From the IMG/VR virus record IMGVR_UViG_3300033153_012589, positions 1 through 27,011 of that record: a stretch of DNA of 27,011 bases; one strand, written 5' to 3'. Each line of letters starts with the position of its first letter. The stretch's first letter is position 1. Below the pieces are notes generated by a model. That model worked only from the letters and a program-made list of their open reading frames with translations. It was not told where the DNA came from and did no database searches. This stretch comes from a virus (Duplodnaviria > Caudoviricetes). Positions 18,611 to 25,622 of this stretch are shown in pieces. Made by a program: the position numbers and the translations under genes.

Positions 18611-18792
18611 AATCAAATTATGTTGATCTCCATCAAGAAATATATAGATTGTTAGGGATGAGAGAGAGATCAGAAGTTGATGGGGCAAGAGATTGTTATG
18701 ATCAATATGTTAATTTGATTATTTTAGAGGTAGATATTTCTCAATTAGAAAAAGACAGTTTATCTGATCTATGGGAGGATAAAAAATGTTGA
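18607..18792 (+). CDS. Hypothetical protein, paralog of 15178-15387
   Basis: ATG 18607 (ATGA overlap); shared motif. Confidence 0.7.
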   Translation: MKSNYVDLHQEIYRLLGMRERSEVDGARDCYDQYVNLIILEVDISQLEKDSLSDLWEDKKC

Positions 18793-19421
18793 AAGTTCTT
18801 AATCTTTATGCAGGAATTGGAGGAAATAGAAAACTTTGGAAAAATGTTGAAGTCACAGCAGTTGAGATTGATCCAGAAATTGCAAAGATATATAAAAAAT
18901 TCTTTCTGGAAGATAAAGTCATTATTGGTGATGCTCACAAATATTTATTAAAACATTTCAAAGATTTTGATTTTATCTGGAGTTCCCCACCATGCCCAAC
19001 ACATTCAAGAACAAATAATTTTCTTCATACACAAGGAAATGTTAGATACCCTGATATGAATTTATATCAAGAGATAATCTTCTTAAAAAGTTTCTTTAAA
19101 GGAAAATGGATTGTTGAAAATGTTGTTTCTTATTATGATCCATTAATAAAACCAACTCTATTAGATAGACATTATTTCTGGAGTAATTTTATTATAACCC
19201 CATTCACTATAAAAAGAGATTTTAATATTATTAATGCAAGAGCATCAACAAGAAAAGATATGAGAGATTATGATGAATGTTTGGAAAAACATCATGGGAT
19301 TTTTTTGAAACAAATAAATGCAAAAAATAAGAGATTATTATTAAGGAATTGTGTGCATCCTCCACTTGCATTGCATATATTTAAATGTGCTTTCAAAGAA
19401 AAACAAGAGGTTTTAATATAA
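18786..19421 (+). CDS. Short DNA (cytosine-5)-methyltransferase, copy 1
   Basis: Motif I LNLYAGIGG, catalytic SPPC, ENV, C-terminal RNCV. Confidence 0.9.
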   Translation: MLKVLNLYAGIGGNRKLWKNVEVTAVEIDPEIAKIYKKFFLEDKVIIGDAHKYLLKHFKDFDFIWSSPPCPTHSRTNNFLHTQGNVRYPDMNLYQEIIFLKSFFKGKWIVENVVSYYDPLIKPTLLDRHYFWSNFIITPFTIKRDFNIINARASTRKDMRDYDECLEKHHGIFLKQINAKNKRLLLRNCVHPPLALHIFKCAFKEKQEVLI

Positions 19422-19819
19422 TGTTAATAATTAATATTGTAGTCGCTGTTTTATTGGCAATTGTTGTTTTATTTGATCTAAAAAACCACACAATCCCTGC
19501 ATTCTTCACAACTTCAATCTTATTTGTCTTAAGCATTGTTAATTTTGCAAATATTCCTTATGGAATTATTGCCTTGATCTTTGCATGGATGATCTATGAA
19601 ACAGATTTTATTGAAGGAATAGCAGATGTGAAAATGATTGTAGCAATTGGTCTGATGTGTTCAAGTTTATATGCAATAATTTCTCTTGTGATCCTTGTGA
19701 CAATTTATGGTGCATTATACAAGATCATGATGAGAGTTGCATTAAAGAAAGAAGAGATCGCATTCACACTTCCTCTTTTCTTATGTTATTTAATTATGTG
19801 GATCTCTGGAGTGATTTAA
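19421..19819 (+). CDS. A24-family (prepilin peptidase-like) intramembrane aspartic protease
   Basis: ATG 19421 (TAATG overlap); polytopic; FDLKNHTIP (first Asp), EGIADVKM (GxGD-like second Asp), C-terminal IAFTLPL. Confidence 0.8.
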   Translation: MLIINIVVAVLLAIVVLFDLKNHTIPAFFTTSILFVLSIVNFANIPYGIIALIFAWMIYETDFIEGIADVKMIVAIGLMCSSLYAIISLVILVTIYGALYKIMMRVALKKEEIAFTLPLFLCYLIMWISGVI

Positions 19820-20428
19820 ATGGAAAATCCAATCAAAGTTTTAAATCTTTATGCTGGAATAGGGGGAAATAGAAAGTTATGGAAAAATGTAGATGTGACT
19901 GCAATAGAATGGGATGAAAAGATTGCTAAGATTTATCAAGATTTCTTCCCGGAAGATAAATTAATTATTTGTGATGCTCATAAATATCTTTTAGAAAACT
20001 TTGAGAAGTTTGATTTTATTTGGAGTAGTCCTCCTTGTCCAAGTCATTCTAAAATTAGAAAAGCAACTCACCAACAAAATAAACCAATTTATCCAGAGAT
20101 GGATTTATATCAGCAAATATTATTCCTAAAACATTATTTTAAAGGAAAATGGATTGTTGAAAATGTTATTAGTTATTATAAACCTTTAATCAAACCTTTT
20201 GAATGTGGGAAACATTATTATTGGGGGAATTTCATAATTAATAATATTAAAATAAGAAGTAGGAAACACAATGAAACTATTGAAGAATTACAAAAATTTA
20301 AGGGTTTTGATTTAAGTAATTATTTAGGAATTGATAAGAATAAGATTTTAAGAAATTGTGTAGAGCCAGAGATTGCTTTACAAATATTTAAAATGGCTTT
20401 CAAAGACAAACAAGAGGTTTTATTTTAA
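19820..20428 (+). CDS. Short DNA (cytosine-5)-methyltransferase, copy 2
   Basis: LNLYAGIGG, SPPC, ENV, RNCV; clear paralog of 18786-19421. Confidence 0.9.
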   Translation: MENPIKVLNLYAGIGGNRKLWKNVDVTAIEWDEKIAKIYQDFFPEDKLIICDAHKYLLENFEKFDFIWSSPPCPSHSKIRKATHQQNKPIYPEMDLYQQILFLKHYFKGKWIVENVISYYKPLIKPFECGKHYYWGNFIINNIKIRSRKHNETIEELQKFKGFDLSNYLGIDKNKILRNCVEPEIALQIFKMAFKDKQEVLF

Positions 20429-20582
20429 ATATGGATAAAATAATTCTGATTTTCTTTGGAGTTTGTGGAATATTCTTAATTGCTTTTATTCTATGGGCAA
20501 GAAAAGAAGGCCAGAAATTGAAAAAAAAGGATCATAAGAAATCAAAAGAACAAAAGATGATGGAAAAAATAAAAAGGATCAG

Positions 20583-20720
20583 ATGAAAATGCCAATATGT
20601 AAAAATTGCAAAAATCAATTTAAGAAATCAAGACCAAACAGTGTTGAAAAATTATGTGAAAAATGTTGGTTTAAAGCGAGGAGAGGAAGAAAGAAAAGGG
20701 CAGATAGTGATAATAGATAA
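20583..20720 (+). CDS. Small Zn-finger protein (45 aa; not in track)
   Basis: MKMPICKNCK...LCEKCW; overlaps the 5' end of the tRNA. Confidence 0.55.
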   Translation: MKMPICKNCKNQFKKSRPNSVEKLCEKCWFKARRGRKKRADSDNR

Positions 20721-20770
20721 CACACATCACTTGCAATGATGAGTTCAGGGTGCAATTCCCTGTCTGTCCA
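20698..20770 (+). tRNA. tRNA-Ala(TGC), no encoded CCA
   Basis: Acceptor GGGCAGA/TCTGTCC with G3:U70 and A73; D stem GTG/CAC; anticodon arm CATCA-CTTGCAA-TGATG; T arm CAGGG-TGCAATT-CCCTG; TTTAAA about 23 nt upstream. Confidence 0.88.
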
Positions 20771-20811
20771 TTCACCAAAACATTTATAAATAATAATTGT
20801 GTGTGAAAGAT

Positions 20812-21240
20812 ATGATCGCAAAAAAGAGTGTGAAGAAAAAGAAAGAATATGTGTGGCATTGTTATCATTGTGGAGAAATTATCAAAGGAGATGATAAAAA
20901 AGTAATTCTTTCAACTTATGATGGTCTTGAAAATATTGAAGATGCTTATTGGCATATTTCTTGTTGGAAAAATTATTTTCAAGAGAAAGTGAGAGAGGCA
21001 TCAGAAAAAATGCAGACAGCAGGATCTGTCATGGAAAATATTGGAAGATCACCAAATATTCTTGGAATGCTTGGAAATTTATCAAAAATTATTCCAAAGA
21101 ATTTCAGTTTTAATTTAAAAAATTTAACTGATGGAGATATTGATCCAAAAGAAATTCAGAGAGTTTTGAAAGAGTGTGGAGTTGATATAACTAAAACAAA
21201 AAAGAAAAATGACAAAAGAAAAACAAATCAAAAAAAATAA
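20812..21240 (+). CDS. Zn-finger protein (CxxC...HxxC)
   Basis: CYHC...HISC; ATG 20812 lies just downstream of AAACATTTATAAA (20778-20790). Confidence 0.72.
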   Translation: MIAKKSVKKKKEYVWHCYHCGEIIKGDDKKVILSTYDGLENIEDAYWHISCWKNYFQEKVREASEKMQTAGSVMENIGRSPNILGMLGNLSKIIPKNFSFNLKNLTDGDIDPKEIQRVLKECGVDITKTKKKNDKRKTNQKK

Positions 21241-21374
21241 ACCATCTTGTGATAAATGTAAATCTCTTTTTGGATATTCAAGAATAAAAACAAATGAATG
21301 GGTTTGCAGAGTTTGTGGTCATGTTCAAATTCTTGATAAAACAAAAAAACAAAAAAAGAAGGAGAAATAATTGA

Positions 21375-22115
21375 ATGGCAAATGCTTTCACAGTTTCTGA
21401 TCTTAATCCTCTTGGAAGTGTTGATCTTGGGCTTGGAGGAAAGTGGAATATAATCATTGCAATTTTTATTGCAGTTGTGATCCTCATTCTTCTTGGAGTT
21501 TTAGTTTGGTGGCTTATTGAAAGAAAGAAATGGAAAATCAAAATCCCTGTATATCAAAAGATTGGAAATGTTCCAACGAGAATTGCAATATTAAAAGCAA
21601 AAATTGTTCCATTTGGAAGAGCAGGTGATTGTTTATGGTATGCAAAAGGAAAAGGAATGAAGAAATGGTTGCCTCCTGCAACATTACAATCTGCACCAAA
21701 TGAATATCCTCATTACATAAGAGAAGATCTTGAATGGATTAATTTTGTCATGGAAGATCTTGATGAAAGTCAAAAAAGAGCAGGTGTCAAATATATTGCA
21801 ACAGACATGAAACTATCAAGATTAGCAACAGATCAACTTCTTGAGCAAAGACACATTAAAACAGGATTTCTTGAAAAGTGGGGTGTTGTGATTGGATATG
21901 TCATCTTCTTCTTGATTATAACAATTGCATTAGTGGTTTTCTTTCATCAATATTCAAAAACTGTGGAAATATTAAATGAGGTGATGAGCAAAGCAGATGC
22001 TATTTTGGAGAAGGCAGCAAAAAGCAGTGGAGGATCAGGCCTTCTTCCTGCATTAATATTATTCTCAATTAAAAAAAGGAAAAATCAAAAATGGGTGCAA
22101 TCATCAGCAACATAA
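21375..22115 (+). CDS. Membrane protein, 2 TM with soluble central domain
   Basis: Two strong hydrophobic helices. Confidence 0.82.
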   Translation: MANAFTVSDLNPLGSVDLGLGGKWNIIIAIFIAVVILILLGVLVWWLIERKKWKIKIPVYQKIGNVPTRIAILKAKIVPFGRAGDCLWYAKGKGMKKWLPPATLQSAPNEYPHYIREDLEWINFVMEDLDESQKRAGVKYIATDMKLSRLATDQLLEQRHIKTGFLEKWGVVIGYVIFFLIITIALVVFFHQYSKTVEILNEVMSKADAILEKAAKSSGGSGLLPALILFSIKKRKNQKWVQSSAT

Positions 22116-22456
22116 TTGTTCCAATAATCAAAACAGTTTTCATTGGAATTGTAATCTGTTTATGGATTTATGGAATTTGGTATATGATCAAAAGTTTCAT
22201 TCCAAAAACTACAAGATCATGGTTTAAATATAAGATTTTTAGAAGAAATTATAAAGAAAGTGATGTCAAATGGTGTTCAAGTGCTGTTGATAAAAAACTA
22301 AAAGATGTAGATGTGATCAAAGCCATAAGATTAAATCAAGTGTCAGAAAAGAGATTATGGGAATTAGTTTTTATTTATCGTCAAATTAGAGAATTAGAAG
22401 GAGGTAATATTAATGATGCCGAACAAATTAAAGAAAACACTCTCAAACCTATCTGA
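22091..22456 (+). CDS. N-terminal TM protein
   Basis: Hydrophobic N-terminus followed by a basic domain. Confidence 0.75.
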   Translation: MGAIISNIIVPIIKTVFIGIVICLWIYGIWYMIKSFIPKTTRSWFKYKIFRRNYKESDVKWCSSAVDKKLKDVDVIKAIRLNQVSEKRLWELVFIYRQIRELEGGNINDAEQIKENTLKPI

Positions 22457-22799
22457 AAAAAAGAAGTTGAAGAAAGAAGTTGTTAAGACAAAAAAGAAAA
22501 AAGAAGAACTTGAAAAAGAACTTGTAGAACTTAAAGAAGATGATGAAGAAGATGAAGAAGAAGATGAAGAAGAAGATGAAGAAGAAGATGAAGAAGAAGA
22601 TGAAGAAGAAGAAAAAGTTGTGACAGATCCTTCTCCAGAAGGTCAAGATCAGAAAGAAGTCCTTGAACAAGAGATTGTAAGATTAAGAGATTTTGGAATT
22701 TATCACGCAGAAGTTCTTTATCAAATGATCCAAAACAATTCAATTCAGGAAAGGATTGCAGTTGCTCTTGAAAAAATTATTAAATTAGTGGAGAAATAA
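22413..22799 (+). CDS. Protein with basic N-terminus and acidic DEEE repeat
   Basis: GGAGGT RBS; ORF track. Confidence 0.78.
   Translation: MMPNKLKKTLSNLSEKKKLKKEVVKTKKKKEELEKELVELKEDDEEDEEEDEEEDEEEDEEEDEEEEKVVTDPSPEGQDQKEVLEQEIVRLRDFGIYHAEVLYQMIQNNSIQERIAVALEKIIKLVEK
22551..22610 (+). repeat. (GATGAAGAAGAA)x5 coding tandem repeat
   Basis: Five perfect 12-bp units. Confidence 0.92.
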
Positions 22800-22803
22800 G
22801 AAG

Positions 22804-23040
22804 ATGGTTAAAAAGAAAAAGCCATCTCCTTCTCAAGATTTCTTGGAGAAGAAAGAAGTCACTGAATTACAAGATCAAAAAGATAAAGATAGACATGAGA
22901 GAAAGATGATTGAATTAAAATTTTTGAGAGAAACAAACAGATTATTTCATGAGAGAGAATTGGAAAGAGGGAGAATTAAGAGTGCAGAGATAAGAAGATC
23001 ACAGGAAAGAAAAAGAGCAATGTTGGAGAAAGGATCATAA
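22804..23040 (+). CDS. Charged helical hypothetical protein
   Basis: ORF track; operon packing. Confidence 0.7.
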   Translation: MVKKKKPSPSQDFLEKKEVTELQDQKDKDRHERKMIELKFLRETNRLFHERELERGRIKSAEIRRSQERKRAMLEKGS

Positions 23041-23042
23041 AC

Positions 23043-23210
23043 ATGGCAAAGTGCGATCACAGAAGATTAAAAAAGAATTTTCCTTTTGGTCGCAAGTCAA
23101 GGCCAGAGATGACTTGCAAAGATTGTGGAAAGATTGTTAAGTCAAAAGATGTTGAGAAAAGGAGGCAACAAAAAAAAACATGGAAAAGAAAAAAATCTAT
23201 GAGATCTTAA
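23043..23210 (+). CDS. Small basic Zn-finger protein (55 aa; not in track)
   Basis: MAKCDH...TCKDCGK. Confidence 0.6.
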   Translation: MAKCDHRRLKKNFPFGRKSRPEMTCKDCGKIVKSKDVEKRRQQKKTWKRKKSMRS

Positions 23211-23353
23211 TTATTATTTTATTTCTGTGCATGATCTCTTTCATGATTTTCATTGTTCTATGGTTAAGATCAATAGGTTTTGAATGTGTGCATGATCCAA
23301 TTGCTTATATCCAAAATAATTCAAATTGTTTATGTATTTGCCCTGATTTCTGA
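23180..23353 (+). CDS. Small TM protein with Cys-rich tail (not in track)
   Basis: GGAGG upstream; MEKKKIYEILIIILFLC...ECVHDP...CLCICPDF. Confidence 0.6.
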   Translation: MEKKKIYEILIIILFLCMISFMIFIVLWLRSIGFECVHDPIAYIQNNSNCLCICPDF

Positions 23354-23482
23354 TATTAGAAACATTTAAATAATATAGTCACTATAAAATAGTAAGTGGG
23401 AGAGGTGACGACCAACTACACTCCCCAATAATGATCATATGTTCATGATCATATATGATCATTTATAATTATATGCATTAAT

Positions 23483-23533
23483 TCTCACACACAAAATAGG
23501 AACATTTAAATAGTAGTTGTTGTTGTTTATATT
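23483..23533 (+). promoter_or_regulatory. Promoter of the Cas7-like operon
   Basis: TCTCACACACAAAA then AACATTTAAATA (TATA 23505-23512), about 22 nt before ATG 23534. Confidence 0.68.
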
Positions 23534-23665
23534 ATGAAAATCAAATGTCCAAATTGTAAGCATGAATGGAAAAGCAAAAGCAGATTAGGTTTTGTTATTT
23601 GTGCATCTTGTGGAAAAAAAATTAAGATCAAAAATTTTAAGAAATTGAAAGGAGGTAAGAAATGA
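23534..23665 (+). CDS. Zn-ribbon protein (43 aa; not in track)
   Basis: MKIKCPNCKHEW...VICASCGKK; ATGA overlap with the next gene. Confidence 0.72.
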   Translation: MKIKCPNCKHEWKSKSRLGFVICASCGKKIKIKNFKKLKGGKK

Positions 23666-24195
23666 TAACAAAAGCAGAGTATGAGGCAGAGATTGAAAGT
23701 TTGTCACCTTTGAAAATGGATAAATGGTTGAATGAGGCACAACCAAAAAGCGAGGAAGGATATAAGGAACAGGCAAAACTCAAAATATATACAGATAATA
23801 AAGGGAATATAGGCATCCCATCAAATTCAATTAAAGCATCAATGAGATTGGCATCTTCTGAAATTGGAAAGAAGATGGATGGAAAGAAGAACAGGCAGAC
23901 AGTTAGTTCAGCAATTTTCTTTGATAAAGAGATTTATTCTTTAGGTAAGAAAAAACCTGACATGATTTGTGAGGATGTGGTCACTCGTGCAGGAACAGGG
24001 GATAAAGTAACAAGAGTTAAAACTTTCAGGCCATTAATAAAAAAATGGAAAATAAAAGTTAGGATTATTTCCTATGGTGCAACAAAAGATTTTATTGAAC
24101 AATCATTAACACTTGCAGGAATAAGATTTGGGATTTTATCTCACAGGCCAGAATTTGGAAGATTTATTATTAAATCATTCAAAGAAATAAAATGA
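23662..24195 (+). CDS. Stand-alone Cas7/RAMP-like RNA-binding protein (177 aa)
   Basis: First strand IESLSPL; IPSNSIKASMR (cf. RAMP IPGSSLKGALR); RPLIKKW; C-terminal Gly-rich loop AGIRFGILSHRPEFGRF; GGAGGT RBS. Confidence 0.8.
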   Translation: MITKAEYEAEIESLSPLKMDKWLNEAQPKSEEGYKEQAKLKIYTDNKGNIGIPSNSIKASMRLASSEIGKKMDGKKNRQTVSSAIFFDKEIYSLGKKKPDMICEDVVTRAGTGDKVTRVKTFRPLIKKWKIKVRIISYGATKDFIEQSLTLAGIRFGILSHRPEFGRFIIKSFKEIK

Positions 24196-24458
24196 TAAAC
24201 AAAAATGAAATACAAGATTTAGGGTTGAAGGCAATTAAGGATTTTTTTAAAGTAGATCCAAATAAATTTGATAGAAATTTCCTTAAGGTGTTGCATGATA
24301 AAGCAAAGATTGGGATGCAATTTGAAAAGGAAATGGGGATTGGAAAAAGAGCAGTTGAAAGCACTTATTTGAGAGTGTTTAATATGATAACAACTGATCC
24401 AAAAGAGAAAGCAAAATATATCAAAAAGTCAATGCCACATTATATCCCAATAAAATAA
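24192..24458 (+). CDS. 88-aa helical accessory protein
   Basis: ATGA overlap with the Cas7-like gene; lies directly before the array. Confidence 0.75.
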   Translation: MINKNEIQDLGLKAIKDFFKVDPNKFDRNFLKVLHDKAKIGMQFEKEMGIGKRAVESTYLRVFNMITTDPKEKAKYIKKSMPHYIPIK

Positions 24459-24494
24459 AGGATAGTTTTTTAAATTATTTTTCCTTTATTTTTC

Positions 24495-24744
24495 ATATTC
24501 AAAGATTAGGTAGGGTTAAGTGGGGTACGGTTTGGTCTTGTGGGGTCTGGTTCGGTAAGGTAAGGTCAGGGATCATTTTCATATTCAATCAGGTAAGATA
24601 TGGCATTGTAATGTAGGGCATTTTAGGGTGATGTCAGGTGAGGCAAAGTCTGGTTCGGTAAGGATTATATTAAATATTCAATAGGTTCAGGTTCGGTAGG
24701 GTGCGGCACAGTCAGGTCTGGTTTGGTGAGGTCTGGTGAAGTTC
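24495..24744 (+). ncRNA. Array of three putative guide RNAs, each an ATATTCAA leader plus (GGY-NN)n pentamers
   Basis: ATATTCAA at 24495, 24581 and 24674; in-phase 5-nt tracts at 24504-24568, 24592-24661 and 24685-24744; G-rich in an AT-rich genome; no ORF in the track. Confidence 0.75.
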
Positions 24745-25549
24745 AATTTTCGGCAATCCAGATTTTATATTCATCTTCTTGATCAAGAAGAATATATTTT
24801 TGAGTTGTTGAAATTGTTGAATGGCCTAATCTAATTCTAACATTTTCAATCCCAAGACCATTATTAATCCAAATTGTTGCTCTCCTTCTTCTTAAGTCAT
24901 GAGGAGTGAATTTATAACTGCAAGTTTTTCCTCTTGCATCTGCAAAGATTTTATTCCATGTTCTTTGCTTTGTGAAAAACAATGTTTTTTCACCCTCTAA
25001 TTTATGTCTATTTTTAAGGATGAATTTTTTTAATCTTTTCATTGTTATCGGAGGCACGATTACAATTCTCTCTTTTGCTTTTGAAAAAACTTTAAGTTTG
25101 CAATGTTTCCCTTCTTTCCATTCATCCCAATAAAAATCATCTGCTTTAATTGAAGTGACCTCACTTCTTCTCAATGCACATTGATCAGTGAGATCAAACA
25201 TCAAAACATATTTATATGGTTTTTTTTTCAAGATCCATCTTCTTATTTTTAAGGCCTCTTGATCAGACATCAATTTTCTCTGTTTGATTTTCTTTCTTCC
25301 TTTTGCTTTTGGCACATGAAACTTAATGTCAGGATTATTCTCTCTACAATATTCTTTTAAGTTTGTGAGGAAGGCACTTGTGATGAATGTTGGATGCCTT
25401 TTGACAAATCTATTAATATATTTTTGATCACTTCCTCTGTGATCTTTCTTCATCTCTCTAATGAAAAGATTATAATGGATCATATAAGAATTAATAGTGT
25501 TCTCACTCAACCTTCTGGCCTGTAACCAATCTTTAAATCCCTCTCTCAA
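24743..25549 (-). CDS. Tyrosine recombinase/integrase (Xer-like)
   Basis: Catalytic set R (LRRSEV), K (SKAKER), HxxR (HDLRR), LGH, Y (TTQKY); TTG start with GGAGG RBS. Confidence 0.93.
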   Translation of the reverse strand: MREGFKDWLQARRLSENTINSYMIHYNLFIREMKKDHRGSDQKYINRFVKRHPTFITSAFLTNLKEYCRENNPDIKFHVPKAKGRKKIKQRKLMSDQEALKIRRWILKKKPYKYVLMFDLTDQCALRRSEVTSIKADDFYWDEWKEGKHCKLKVFSKAKERIVIVPPITMKRLKKFILKNRHKLEGEKTLFFTKQRTWNKIFADARGKTCSYKFTPHDLRRRRATIWINNGLGIENVRIRLGHSTISTTQKYILLDQEDEYKIWIAEN

Positions 25550-25622
25550 TTTTATTCCTCCTGTATTTTTTTATCGTGCCTTAAAGACACCTTTAGAGCA
25601 TATAGTCTAATCTTTGTGATAT

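Noticed and set aside
20698-20770. tRNA-Cys(GCA)
   Set aside because: The 7-nt loop CTTGCAA centres on TGC, and G3:U70 with A73 indicates Ala.
1231-23776. Short minus-strand and nested ORFs in the track (e.g. 1231, 1868, 2576, 4398, 4989, 12367, 13161, 19657, 22449, 22531, 23585)
   Set aside because: They are shadows of longer or tightly packed plus-strand genes, often with F/L-rich low-complexity translations.
24495-24744. Canonical CRISPR array or simple microsatellite
   Set aside because: There are no 25-40-bp repeats with unique spacers (shared leaders are only 8-13 bp), and the pentamers vary systematically at two fixed positions.
25550-25622. attP/dif site next to the integrase
   Set aside because: Only a weak TAAAG-ACAC-CTTTA inverted repeat is present, with no convincing 11-6-11 arm structure.
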